A stretch of DNA of 64,000 bases from an uncultured Verrucomicrobiae bacterium (GTDB lineage Bacteria; Verrucomicrobiota; Verrucomicrobiia; Limisphaerales; Palsa-1400). The notes beneath the pieces are model-generated. The model was not told where the DNA came from. It was given only the letters and a program-made list of their open reading frames with translations, and searched no databases. Location: contig CAVXRD010000002.1 of NCBI GenBank assembly GCA_963764165.1, positions 2,272,001 through 2,336,000 of the forward strand. The letters run 5' to 3'. The position numbers and the translations under genes were made by a program. Each line of letters opens with the position of its first letter. Position 1 is the stretch's first letter. Positions 9,751-22,421 of the stretch are shown piece by piece.

Positions 9751-11196
9751 CTAATTTTTCAAGCTCTTGAGATCTGGCCGCCGCGACCAAGCCACCGGGG
9801 CCGGGATGGTTTTCGGCGGGGCCGAGCAAATTGGCAGACGCAGAGTGAAGGTGGCGCCGGCGCCGGGTGCGCTATGGCATTGGATGCTGCCACCCATGGC
9901 GTCGGCCAGGCGTTTAACGATGGCCAATCCAAGGCCGGTCGAGGATTCTCCGCCGGTTGGGCGCGCTGTTAAGCGGGTAAATTTCTGGAAGAGCTTCTTC
10001 TGGTCCGCCTCGCTGATACCGGGGCCTTCGTCACGGACGGACACCAATATATGATTCTGCTCCGGCAAGGTGTGGACGTGGATGGTCGAGTTGGGAGGGG
10101 AAAACTTCAGAGCATTGGAAATCAAATTGTCCAATATCTGCATGGTGGCCGCCGGATCGGCCTTGGCCCACAAGCCTTCAGAGACTCCCACGCGGATTTC
10201 AATCGCCTTCCGCGCCGCGTCTTGTTCCTGATGACTGACACTCCGTTCGACCAGTTTTCGCATGTCGCACGGTTCGAGGTTCGACACGAACATCCCCTGC
10301 TCGATGGCATTGACGTCGAGCAGATCCGTGATCAAATTCCGCATGCGCGTGGCTGCCAAAGAGATATTGTTGAGGTATTTGCCGGATTGCTCCGGATTGT
10401 CGCAAATCGACGCCATTTCGGTTGCGGTAACGATAATGGTCAGCGGATTCTTCAAATCATGCGCTGCCATGCCGAGGAATTCGTTCTTTTCGTTATTCAA
10501 GTGAACCAAGCGCTCGTTCGCCGCAAGAAGCTCGGCACGGGCGGCCTGCATCTTGGAGAAAGCCGTCACCCGAGCGCGCTCGAAAATGAAACTCAGCATG
10601 AAAATGAAGACGATCAGGCCAAGATAGCCTGCCGCAGAAATAATCGTCTCCCACTTCAGGTCATAAGTGATGGGGAGCCGGCCATAGTTTAATTCAAACG
10701 CGGCAACGCCCGCAGCGGCCAAAAACCCGACAATCGTCCACTGAATCGCCGCTTTCGGCCCGAGCAAAAGGTGAGCAGATAGAGGAACCGTCACCAGCCA
10801 CGCCATGGCATGACCTTGCAGACCGCCTTCAACGCAACTCAGCGCCGTAAAGCCACAAATCAATGACACGACGAGCACTTCGCCGCCCCAGCCCACTGAC
10901 CTGTGCTTGCGCGTGGCGACGGCAACGGCAAAAAACGCCGAACTGCAAACGGCAATAATCCTGAATCCCCAAATATGCCCTATGAGGAGATAGAAAATGG
11001 CGTAACAGAGCCCGAAAAATGCACCTAGAGCGCCACTTCGGAATACGATCTTGGCCCGGCGGGTCACCTCCGGATCTGGGGAAAAATCGTCCGGATAATC
11101 CAGCCAGTTGATCAAACGCATCAGCCGGCCTGGACTTGCTTTGTTTGTTGTTTTCTGTTCCCCCTGGACTTGATGAGATTGAGGATCAACCGTCAA
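9751..11196 (-). CDS. Membrane sensor histidine kinase (multi-TM input, HisKA + HATPase)
   Basis: H-box AHDLKNPL, N-box NLISNALKF, DEGPG and GLGL. Start is TTG 11196 (overlapping the upstream stop) or ATG 11121. Confidence 0.92.
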   Translation of the reverse strand: MTVDPQSHQVQGEQKTTNKASPGRLMRLINWLDYPDDFSPDPEVTRRAKIVFRSGALGAFFGLCYAIFYLLIGHIWGFRIIAVCSSAFFAVAVATRKHRSVGWGGEVLVVSLICGFTALSCVEGGLQGHAMAWLVTVPLSAHLLLGPKAAIQWTIVGFLAAAGVAAFELNYGRLPITYDLKWETIISAAGYLGLIVFIFMLSFIFERARVTAFSKMQAARAELLAANERLVHLNNEKNEFLGMAAHDLKNPLTIIVTATEMASICDNPEQSGKYLNNISLAATRMRNLITDLLDVNAIEQGMFVSNLEPCDMRKLVERSVSHQEQDAARKAIEIRVGVSEGLWAKADPAATMQILDNLISNALKFSPPNSTIHVHTLPEQNHILVSVRDEGPGISEADQKKLFQKFTRLTARPTGGESSTGLGLAIVKRLADAMGGSIQCHSAPGAGATFTLRLPICSAPPKTIPAPVAWSRRPDLKSLKN

Positions 11197-12551
11197 AAAT
11201 GAACCCCCACGGTCAGCGCAAATATATGTGTGCTCACTACCGTCGTACTATCAGAGTATTCGCCAGAAAGCAAGCCACTTGTTCCAACATGCTGGGTGGC
11301 TGGCAGCGAGTATTGATAGGCGAAGTCAAAATGATAGCGATCCCAAACGTAACCCACGCCCGCGGTGATCGTGTTCTCCGTGATGGCGGCCGTCAAAGGG
11401 GTCAAAGTCGAATCCGGCACCGGGCTGCCGCCGTAAGCGTAGCCGGCGCGGAAAGTCAGGTTTTTCGTGGCCAGAAATTCCAAGCCAGTCCGATAAACGA
11501 ATTCGTTCTTCCAATCCAACGGAATATGGTCCTGAAAACTCGAACCGAGCAGGCTGTTGACGGCCGAGTTATTGCCGCCGGTCAAATTGACCGGCAGATT
11601 ATTGAAGGCGTTGGCCCAATCAATCCAATCCACTTGGAGGCTCGCCCGCACTTGCGGATGGAATTTCCATGACGATCCCAATGAAACGCTTTGGGGGAAG
11701 ATGTTTTTTACCTCGGCGTCGTAATGAAAAGGAGCATTCGCAACTTGGGCATAAGGATTTCCGCTTGCGTTGCCGTGGGTATCGACGCGGGTCTGGCTTT
11801 CGTAGGCGAGGCCAAACTGCCACTGGTCGTTCAGCTTGTAAAGCATGCCTGCATTGGCGTTCGCTCCCCAGCCAGTGGTGCGCAGGTCGAGCAGAGTCTT
11901 GGCCCCATTTAATCCGCCGCCTAACGGTCCGCCCGTCATGCTCTGGAAAATATATGGCCCAACCAGCTCGTTCTGGTTGTAAACCGCGCCCCCGCTGGCG
12001 CCGAAAGACAAATTCGTGCCTATATGCCCAGCAAAACCCAGGGCGCTGCGCAGCACGACGATTTCTGACTTATCTTGCTGGTAACCATAGGTAACCCCGC
12101 CCAATCCACCCGCCGGATCATCGTAATGCCAATTCGCGTAGAGCGCGGATTCGGGCACAAACGAGAGGCCGACGGAAAGCGGCCAGGTTCCCAGCGGCAT
12201 CGCAAATGCGCCTTCCGGCAATGCCGAGCCGGAATGGGTCAGGGTGCCGTTGTCCGGCCCCTTCACCCAGTCGCCCGTCGCAAAACCACCCACCCCGCCC
12301 AGGGAAAGCTGTGGGCGATCCAGGAAGGCTATCCCAGCCGGATTCAATCCCATCGAACTCAGCGGATCAGCCGCCCACGCGACATCCGCGCCGCCCATGC
12401 CCATCGATTGGGCGCCAACGCCGTTTCCGTAGATACCGTCGGCTCTCGCATTGAGGCCGACCCATCCGAGCGCGATCAGGGACGCGCAGGTGAAGGTTGT
12501 TAATTTGTGTTGTCGGGTGCTGTTTAACGCTAGGTGACGTAGAGTCTTCAT
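11193..12551 (-). CDS. FadL/OmpP1/TodX-family outer-membrane transporter of hydrophobic compounds
   Basis: Signal peptide, 'GAQSMGMGGA' and 'NPAG' hatch motif, 'RAGYAY', C-terminal Phe. Confidence 0.88.
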   Translation of the reverse strand: MKTLRHLALNSTRQHKLTTFTCASLIALGWVGLNARADGIYGNGVGAQSMGMGGADVAWAADPLSSMGLNPAGIAFLDRPQLSLGGVGGFATGDWVKGPDNGTLTHSGSALPEGAFAMPLGTWPLSVGLSFVPESALYANWHYDDPAGGLGGVTYGYQQDKSEIVVLRSALGFAGHIGTNLSFGASGGAVYNQNELVGPYIFQSMTGGPLGGGLNGAKTLLDLRTTGWGANANAGMLYKLNDQWQFGLAYESQTRVDTHGNASGNPYAQVANAPFHYDAEVKNIFPQSVSLGSSWKFHPQVRASLQVDWIDWANAFNNLPVNLTGGNNSAVNSLLGSSFQDHIPLDWKNEFVYRTGLEFLATKNLTFRAGYAYGGSPVPDSTLTPLTAAITENTITAGVGYVWDRYHFDFAYQYSLPATQHVGTSGLLSGEYSDSTTVVSTHIFALTVGVHF

Positions 12552-12666
12552 AATTCGGCGACTATCGGTTGCATGCGAGCCTCAATTTAGCCAAGTATTA
12601 TCATTTTTTGTCACATGAAAAGCAAAATAAGTTGACTCACGCGATTTAAATCGGCAAGATCCCTCA

Positions 12667-13926
12667 ATGCTTCGGTTCCGAGCGTTTCTCGTCTTTCTCT
12701 TGATCACCATTTCCCGGGTTGAGGGCCAACTAAGCTTCTCGGTCAATGCGGATGGTGTATCCGCAACGCTGGTTAAATTTTCCGGGAATGCCAGTTCGGT
12801 TGTGATCCCTCCGACTTACAATGGTGTGCCGGTCACCATCATCGGTTCGTCTGCCTTCTTTGATTCCGCGTATCTGCACAGCGTCGTGATTCCCGATTCG
12901 GTTACGAATATTCAGGATCACGCCTTTTCAGAATGTTTCGGCCTTAACTCGGTCAATATTCCGGCGGGCGTTACCACGATTGGGCCCGATGCATTTTGGG
13001 AGTGTTTTCAGCTGCCTGCATTGGTCCTTCCATCTGGTCTGACGAGCATTGCCGACAGCACGTTTTACGAATGTCAATTCACTACCTTTGAAATCCCTTC
13101 CGGGGTCACAAACATCGGAAATTCCGCCTTCGGCAGCAGCGGCCTCACTAATATAATAATTCCAGACTCGGTGCAGGTTATTTCAAATTCAGCCTTTCAA
13201 GGATGCGAGAGCCTCGTTTCGGTCTCGATCGGCTCGAATGTCTCGTATATCGGCCCCCATGCGTTTGACGGTTGTTGGGACTTGCAGAACATTGCCATCC
13301 CAACCAACGTCACGTTTCTCGGAAACTACGCTTTTAATATGTGCCTTGATTTGGGTTACGCGTACATTTCGGGAAATGTCGGCTCCATTCCATTTGACGC
13401 CTTCCACGGCTGCACCGGTCTGACCAATGTGGTTATTGGAAATGGGGTTACGGATATTGGAAGCGTTTCATTTTTCGGTTGCACGGCTCTCAATACCGTC
13501 ACGATCCCGTCGAGCGTCAATAATATCGACCTGGAAGCATTTGATGGCTGCAAGGCGTTGGCTAATATTCTGTTTGAGGGGCCGCCCCCAAACGTGGACT
13601 CGACGGCATTTAACATGGACCCCGGTGCCATGATCTATTACTCGACAAACTACGATGGGTGGTGGCCGGACACTTTTAATAATATCCCGACTGCCCTCTG
13701 GAATCCGCAGGTGCAGATTTTCGGTCCGAATTACGGCAATTCTGGAAACCACTTCGGAATCACAGTTAACGGGACGCCTGGTATCCCGATTGGCATCCAA
13801 GTCTCGACAAATCTCGCGACTTGGACGACGACCTCTACGTTTAGCCTTACCAACGGCGCTGCGAATTACGTCGATCCGCAATCGGCAACGGGTCCCGGTC
13901 GATTTTACCGTGTGATTTTTCCGTAA
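12667..13926 (+). CDS. Secreted BspA-type leucine-rich-repeat (LRR_5) surface protein
   Basis: Signal peptide, about 11 repeats of 'L.SV.IP.SVT.IG..AF..C', C-terminal STNL..W...RFYR domain; AT-richer than neighbours. Confidence 0.9.
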   Translation: MLRFRAFLVFLLITISRVEGQLSFSVNADGVSATLVKFSGNASSVVIPPTYNGVPVTIIGSSAFFDSAYLHSVVIPDSVTNIQDHAFSECFGLNSVNIPAGVTTIGPDAFWECFQLPALVLPSGLTSIADSTFYECQFTTFEIPSGVTNIGNSAFGSSGLTNIIIPDSVQVISNSAFQGCESLVSVSIGSNVSYIGPHAFDGCWDLQNIAIPTNVTFLGNYAFNMCLDLGYAYISGNVGSIPFDAFHGCTGLTNVVIGNGVTDIGSVSFFGCTALNTVTIPSSVNNIDLEAFDGCKALANILFEGPPPNVDSTAFNMDPGAMIYYSTNYDGWWPDTFNNIPTALWNPQVQIFGPNYGNSGNHFGITVNGTPGIPIGIQVSTNLATWTTTSTFSLTNGAANYVDPQSATGPGRFYRVIFP

Positions 13927-14046
13927 TTCCGAACGATTCGGGAGGTTCTCGTTTTGTTCGATTGGCAATGGCTCATTACATTCGCCGCGCCCGTTTGGAA
14001 TTGCCGCGCAAATGCCCGCCCGATAGTCTGGCTTCGACGACATGCC

Positions 14047-14805
<759 letters not shown>

Positions 14806-14831
14806 CGAAGTCGGAAAAATCAAATCCCCAC

Positions 14832-16604
14832 GTGAACTGGGACCAATTCAAAACGATCGCCTGGCTGCGCTGGCGGCTGGCGCGCAATCAGTGGGCCCGC
14901 GGGAAAAATATCGGCGCGGCGCTGGCGGCGATCGCCACGATTGTGGCCGGCATGTCGGGGTTGATGGCGTTTTGCGTTGGAATTGTTGGCGGAATTTACG
15001 GCATGGGAAAGGCTTCGCTTCCGGTCTTCTGGGGTGTCTGGCTGGGCGCCTCGGGTATTTTCCTGTTTCTCTGGACTATTGGCTTGCTAGCGGAATTGCA
15101 GCGGTCCGAGATGATAGACCTTCAGAAATTAATGCATCTTCCCGTGCGGCTTGGGCAGGTCTTCACCATCAACTATATTGTTTCGCATCTTAGCACCGGT
15201 TTCATCATCACTTTTCCGGCCATCATGGGCCTCGTCATCGGAACTGTTTTTTCCTGCGGCGCCATAATGATCCTGCTGCTCCCCTTGGCCACGGGCATGA
15301 TCTTTATGGTGACGGCGTGGACTTACTGCCTGCGGGGCTGGCTGTCGACGTTGATGAGCAACCCGCGCAAACGCCGCACGGTCACAACCATGATCATGTT
15401 CTTTTTCATCCTGATTTCGCAGGGGCCGAATCTCTATTTCAACGTGATGCGCCGTTCCATGCACGTCAACTACAGCAAGGATCCTGCGGTGATGAAGAGC
15501 CAGCTCGAGGCCCAAAAATCCGCCACCCATCAGAAGCTCGACGCGCTGAAAGCCGCCCAAATGTATTTCCCGCCGCTGTGGCTGGCTTGGGGAGCGCAGG
15601 AATTGAAGGACGGAAACGTCCTCCCGGCGATTGGCGGAGCGGCTGGCTGCTGGCTCCTCGCCGCGCTCGGCTTGCGTCGCGCTTACACGGGAACGTTGAA
15701 ATATTATCGCGGCGATTCGAAAACGGGCGCTACCGCCATGAGTTCAATGCCGGCGAACACATCGTCCGCCCCCAAAATTTCCACCGGCCCGCCCGTCAAA
15801 GCGAGCATGGGGATGATGGAATGGAAACCCCCGTTCGTACCCGAGCAGTCCGCCGCGCTCGGACTCGCCACCTTTCGCTCGATGCTGCGGGCGCCGGAAG
15901 TAAAAATGCAGTGGGGATCCTCGATGCTGGCGACCATTGTTATTGGCGTGTCGTTCGCCTTCCGCCGAAATACGAATGTGCCGGAGGCTGGCCTTCCGTT
16001 TGTGGCCACAGGCGCGATGGTGTTCGCGATGTTCATGCTGGTGCAATTTTTTTCCAACCAATTTGGCTTTGATCGCGACGGTTTTCGCGCCTACGTGCTT
16101 TCGCCGGTGGATCGGCGGCTGATTTTGCTCGGAAAAAATCTGGCCTGTTTGCCGGCGGGCCTCGCCTACGGGCTGATCATTTTAGGGCTGCTGATGTATG
16201 GGGTTTCGCTTTCGCCGCTGGCCGCCGGCGCCGCTGTGTTCCAATTGTTGACTCTACTGATGCTGGCCGGAATGGTCGGAAACCTCCTGTCCATCTGGAT
16301 GCCATACAAAATCCAGGCCGGTTCAATGAAACCGACCAAGATGCCCGGCCTGACGATGCTGGTGATGATGCTCTGCCATCTTTTTTTCCCGATTGCGATG
16401 GCGCCAGTTTTCATTCCGCCGCTGGCTGCGTTTCTCTGGCACAGCGCGGGGATGCCACTCGCTGCCTTCGTGAATATGGGCTTTTCCGCGCTCCTGGCCA
16501 CCGGGGTGGCAGTCGGCTATTGGTATTCGCTCATTCCGCTCGGCCGACTGCTCCGCCGGCGCGAGATCAAAATTCTCAATACCGTCACCGCGGAAATCGA
16601 GTAG
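14832..16604 (+). CDS. Putative ABC exporter permease
   Basis: Many TM segments, 'NQFGFDR' motif, directly follows the ATPase. Confidence 0.75.
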   Translation: MNWDQFKTIAWLRWRLARNQWARGKNIGAALAAIATIVAGMSGLMAFCVGIVGGIYGMGKASLPVFWGVWLGASGIFLFLWTIGLLAELQRSEMIDLQKLMHLPVRLGQVFTINYIVSHLSTGFIITFPAIMGLVIGTVFSCGAIMILLLPLATGMIFMVTAWTYCLRGWLSTLMSNPRKRRTVTTMIMFFFILISQGPNLYFNVMRRSMHVNYSKDPAVMKSQLEAQKSATHQKLDALKAAQMYFPPLWLAWGAQELKDGNVLPAIGGAAGCWLLAALGLRRAYTGTLKYYRGDSKTGATAMSSMPANTSSAPKISTGPPVKASMGMMEWKPPFVPEQSAALGLATFRSMLRAPEVKMQWGSSMLATIVIGVSFAFRRNTNVPEAGLPFVATGAMVFAMFMLVQFFSNQFGFDRDGFRAYVLSPVDRRLILLGKNLACLPAGLAYGLIILGLLMYGVSLSPLAAGAAVFQLLTLLMLAGMVGNLLSIWMPYKIQAGSMKPTKMPGLTMLVMMLCHLFFPIAMAPVFIPPLAAFLWHSAGMPLAAFVNMGFSALLATGVAVGYWYSLIPLGRLLRRREIKILNTVTAEIE

Positions 16605-16613
16605 GCCGGGAAA

Positions 16614-16656
16614 TATAGGTCCTATACGTCGTATAAGTCATATAGGTCCTATAGGT
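16614..16656. repeat. TATAGGTCCTATA 9-bp-periodic repeat
   Basis: TATAGGTCCTATA at 16614-16626 and 16641-16653; related arrays at 43373-43410 and about 46487-46518. Confidence 0.65.
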
Positions 16657-16691
16657 TTGCCAACCGCCACATTCCAGTGTTTAGTCAAAGC

Positions 16692-17510
16692 ATGCTGGAA
16701 GATCATTTGGGAGATATTATTCGCAAAGGCCGCACCGCCGCCAACGCCACGCCGCAAAAGGCCGCGCAAACCGCCGGAATTTCAGAAGCTGAGTTGAGCG
16801 CGCTGGAGGAAAGCGGCAAACCCCCGGGCGCCGTGAATTTCCAGGCGCTCGGCCAAGCCATCGGCCTAAACGGCGCCAAGCTCGAACGCATCGCCAAAGG
16901 CTGGCATCCCGCCACGCCAAATTTGAGTGAGTGGTGTGAGCTGCGCCAATTTACGACGAGCGCCAATGACATGACCGTGCATTGCTACCTTATTTGGGAC
17001 GAGGTGTCCCGCGAGGCGGCGCTTTTTGACACTGGCTGGGATGCCGCGCCAATTTTCAAATTGATCGAGGAGAACGGTTTGAATTTGCGCCATCTTTTTA
17101 TCACCCACACGCATGAAGACCATGTGGCCGCAATGGGCGCCGTGCGTGAGAAATTTCCCAAGCTGCATCTGCACACTAACGCCAAGGGCGCCCCGCCGCA
17201 GCACCGGAATCGCGCCAACGATTTTCTCCAGCTCGGCAGCCTGCGCATCACCAATCGCGACACGCCCGGCCATGCCGAGGACGGTGTCACCTATATTATT
17301 GGCAACTGGCCCGAGGACGCCCCGCACGTCGCCATCGTGGGCGACGCGATTTTTTCGGCATCGATTGGCCGCGGCAACCAATCGTGGGATTTGGCCCGCC
17401 AAAAAGTGCGCGAACAAATTCTGACCCTTCCCGATACGACCCTGCTTTGCCCCGGCCACGGCCCGCTGACGACGGTTGCGGAAGAGAAAGAAAACAACCC
17501 ATTTTTCTGA
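16692..17510 (+). CDS. Metallo-beta-lactamase-fold hydrolase with N-terminal XRE-like HTH
   Basis: THTHEDH, PGH, GDAIF and PGHGP motifs. N-terminal 'AAQTAGISEAELSALEESG' resembles an HTH. Confidence 0.85.
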   Translation: MLEDHLGDIIRKGRTAANATPQKAAQTAGISEAELSALEESGKPPGAVNFQALGQAIGLNGAKLERIAKGWHPATPNLSEWCELRQFTTSANDMTVHCYLIWDEVSREAALFDTGWDAAPIFKLIEENGLNLRHLFITHTHEDHVAAMGAVREKFPKLHLHTNAKGAPPQHRNRANDFLQLGSLRITNRDTPGHAEDGVTYIIGNWPEDAPHVAIVGDAIFSASIGRGNQSWDLARQKVREQILTLPDTTLLCPGHGPLTTVAEEKENNPFF

Positions 17511-17534
17511 GCCGCGCGATTACGCCCGAAGGAC

Positions 17535-17689
17535 GGTAGGGCGAGGCTCTGGACGAGCCGTTCCCCAGAAGCAGCGCAGACTTCCAAGTCTGCCGTATGG
17601 CGGATTTCCAAATCCGCTTGCCGCAACACCGCATGCAGGTTTGGAAACCTGCGCTACGAGGGACGGCTCGGCAGGAGCCTCGCCCTACC
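17535..17689. repeat. Nested REP-like palindromes
   Basis: The outer pair GGTAGGGCGAGGCTC.../...GAGCCTCGCCCTACC encloses an inner pair GCAGCGCAGACTTCCAAGTCTGC.../...GCAGGTTTGGAAACCTGCGCTAC (17571-17657). Confidence 0.85.
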
Positions 17690-17907
17690 GAGTTTTAACG
17701 GAATTTTATATTTATTGTATTCCCACGCTATAGTGGTATAATACCCACATGGTTACAAATGCCATGCGAGGCCCGGTTTTTCGTGATCTTAACTTCTGTC
17801 CCATTTGCCCGTGTGATTTCATTTCCTGGTGTAGCGTCCGCAAACATGAGCCGCCGCAAGTCCGCAGTTGGCTTATTGGATGAATTGGGCTTATCTTCCG
17901 CCTTGCC

Positions 17908-19485
17908 ATGACAACGACACAACAGCTCTGGGACCGCTTTAAAAAATATTACGCGGCATTTCCGTCCATCGGCCTTTCTATTGACATTAGTCGGATGAAT
18001 TTCGGCGATGATTACCTTGCCTCAATGGAGCCGAAAATCCAAAAGGCGTTTTCGGCCATGGCCGAATTGGAAAGAGGCGCCATCGCCAACCCGGATGAAA
18101 AACGCATGGTTGGGCACTACTGGCTGAGAAACGCAATCCTTGCCCCTACGGCGGACTTGAGGAAGGAGATCGAGACGACCCTGGAAGCCATTAAGTCATT
18201 CACTATCAAGGTACACGATGGCGAAATCAAAGGAGAAAAAGGGGCGTTCAAGAATCTTCTTGTGATCGGCATCGGCGGTTCCGCTCTCGGCCCCGAATTT
18301 GTAGCCAACGCTCTCAGCCAACCGGGCAAAGACAAACTGGAGCCGTTTTTCTTCGATAATACCGATCCTGACGGCATGGAGAAGGTTCTGGCCCGTTTGG
18401 GCAACGGCTTGGGGCAGACCTTGTGTGTCGTCATTTCCAAATCCGGAGGCACCCAGGAGACTCGAAACGGAATGTTGGTGGCAAAGAAGGCCTTTGAAAC
18501 CGCTGGCATGAAGTTCGAGAAACACGCCGTTGCAATCACCGGCGTCGGGAGTGCGTTGGATAAAGTGGCGGTCGCGGATGGCTGGCTCACCCGATTCCCC
18601 ATGTGGGATTGGATCGGCGGGCGCACAAGCGAGACTTCGGCGGTCGGTCTCGTTCCTGCGGCGTTGCAGGGTTTCGACATCACCGAAATCCTTCGTGGGG
18701 CGAAAGTTTGTGACGAAGTGACTCGTTCAACTTCCGTTTCCACCAATCCGGCCGCCCAATTGGCTTTGATGTGGTTTTACATCGGTAACGGTAAAGGCGC
18801 GAAAGATATGGTGATTTTGCCATATAAAGACCGTTTGGAGCTGTTTTCTCGCTACCTTCAGCAATTAGTGATGGAATCTTTGGGTAAAGAATTGGATTTG
18901 GACGGCAAGGTTGTCAACCAAGGCATTGCTGTTTACGGAAACAAGGGTTCTACCGATCAGCATGCCTATGTTCAGCAGCTTCGCGAGGGCGTGAACAACT
19001 TCTTTGTGACGTTTATCTCGGTTTTGAAAGACCAAGACGGCAAGCCTTTAATGGTGGCGGATGGCGTTACCCCCGGCGACTTCTTGCAGGGCTTTTGGCT
19101 TGGCACAAGACAGGCCCTGCACGAAAAGAGCCGCGAATCCATTTCATTGACACTAACGGAAGTTTCTCCATTTTCCGTGGGAGCTTTGATCGCTCTCTTC
19201 GAGCGTGCGGTTGGCTTTTACGGGACCCTCGTTAATGTGAACGCGTATCATCAACCTGGGGTCGAGGCAGGCAAGAAAGCTGCCAACGCGATTATTTCGC
19301 TTCAATTGAAAGTGGTGGAATTCTTGAAGAAAACCCCGTCCTCCACCGTTGATCAGATCGCGGCGTCTGTTGGAACGTCAGAAATCGAGCACGTCTTTTA
19401 CGTCTGCGAACACCTCGCTGCCAACAAAACCTTGAGCAAGTCGCCGGGCGCATCGCCTTTTGCGGCGACATACAAACTCGCTTAG
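17908..19485 (+). CDS. pgi: Glucose-6-phosphate isomerase
   Basis: [34 protein letters not shown] and QPGVEAGK. Confidence 0.97.
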   Translation: MTTTQQLWDRFKKYYAAFPSIGLSIDISRMNFGDDYLASMEPKIQKAFSAMAELERGAIANPDEKRMVGHYWLRNAILAPTADLRKEIETTLEAIKSFTIKVHDGEIKGEKGAFKNLLVIGIGGSALGPEFVANALSQPGKDKLEPFFFDNTDPDGMEKVLARLGNGLGQTLCVVISKSGGTQETRNGMLVAKKAFETAGMKFEKHAVAITGVGSALDKVAVADGWLTRFPMWDWIGGRTSETSAVGLVPAALQGFDITEILRGAKVCDEVTRSTSVSTNPAAQLALMWFYIGNGKGAKDMVILPYKDRLELFSRYLQQLVMESLGKELDLDGKVVNQGIAVYGNKGSTDQHAYVQQLREGVNNFFVTFISVLKDQDGKPLMVADGVTPGDFLQGFWLGTRQALHEKSRESISLTLTEVSPFSVGALIALFERAVGFYGTLVNVNAYHQPGVEAGKKAANAIISLQLKVVEFLKKTPSSTVDQIAASVGTSEIEHVFYVCEHLAANKTLSKSPGASPFAATYKLA

Positions 19486-19499
19486 CGTATTCTTTTCCC

Positions 19500-21389
<1,890 letters not shown>

Positions 21390-21437
21390 TCGTATAATCT
21401 ATTACCCTAACGTCAATATGACGTTAAACTGACTTCG

Positions 21438-21737
21438 ATGAAGACGTTGCCAAAAATGGAGATTAGTGACGAGTTGGACGCATATATCGCCGAGGGCATG
21501 GCCGCATCGGAATTGTGCAAGGCTGACGTGATTCGACAGGCGCTCCGCATCGGTTTGCCACAGTTCGCCGCTCGCTTCCAACCCGCGCCCCTGTGGCTGG
21601 AAGAACGAATCCGCGAGGCGCTTGAAGAACCCGCCGAAGAAACGAGCCTTAAACAATTCAGCGAAACCATGTCAGCCATCGCCGATGAGCCCCATTTATC
21701 GCTGGAATGGCCAGACACTCACGGTAATCACGGTTGA
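21438..21737 (+). CDS. Small ribbon-helix-helix/CopG-like protein (antitoxin-like)
   Basis: 'KMEISDELDAYI...KADVIRQALRIG' fits an RHH pattern, with an acidic C-terminus. No intact toxin follows. Confidence 0.55.
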   Translation: MKTLPKMEISDELDAYIAEGMAASELCKADVIRQALRIGLPQFAARFQPAPLWLEERIREALEEPAEETSLKQFSETMSAIADEPHLSLEWPDTHGNHG

Positions 21738-22387
21738 ACATACCGCCCAAGATTTGCCATCTCGACTTGCAAGCATTGTCCCCACTCCAAAACGGTCGAC
21801 TTGAGCATCCGCAAGGGATCGTTCCGGTCGAGCAACGACTCTGACATTTTTTTGGGTTGCGGCTCTCCCGCTCGGCCGACCTACGTCTTTGGCGTCTTGG
21901 CGTTACGAACCGGCTCCGCAATATTTCTCCAAAAATCGTGCCAAAAACACTCTGGTAGGTTTTCCGTCTCGCCCCATCCGTGCCAAAATGCGGCGCGATG
22001 CATACTAAATGTATTGGTGGAAGAAGGGCGGCCCGTCATTTCGTGATGATGCGCCCCAGTCTCCGCACTCTATCATCGATGCCACCGCGCATCGCTCAAC
22101 GTTTACAATCGGAGGAAATACGGCCTACGTCTCGCCAAATTGAAAGTCGCCATCAGGCTTTGGCGCGGGAAAAAGCATTGCATCCTATTGCACCCTATTG
22201 CACCTACCGCTTTTTATTTCACGAAAAACGGCTCGGGAACTCCAAATCCCCCAGCCTCAACGTGCGCCAAAGGACTTGGCGCAGTGAGACACGATTCGAG
22301 CCAAGTTGTCTCACATGCTGGCGCATCGGTTTCGTTGATGTGATTGCAAGGCGCTGCTTTACAACGTGTTACATCGTTATTAGCTCA

Positions 22388-22403
22388 TGGCACCCCTTCT
22401 GCT
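22388..22403 (+). promoter_or_regulatory. Candidate sigma-54 (-24/-12) promoter of dnaK
   Basis: TGGCACCCCTTCTGCT has GG-N10-GC spacing and ends 18 bp before the ATG. An upstream inverted repeat GTGAGACA-N15-TGTCTCAC lies at 22284-22314. Confidence 0.55.
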
Positions 22404-22421
22404 CAGCATCTATTGAATTTT

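Noticed and set aside
17742..17763. TACCCACATGGTTACAAATGCC resembling the site at 60956
   Set aside because: Only about 14/22 identity with no partner or cargo; could be chance.
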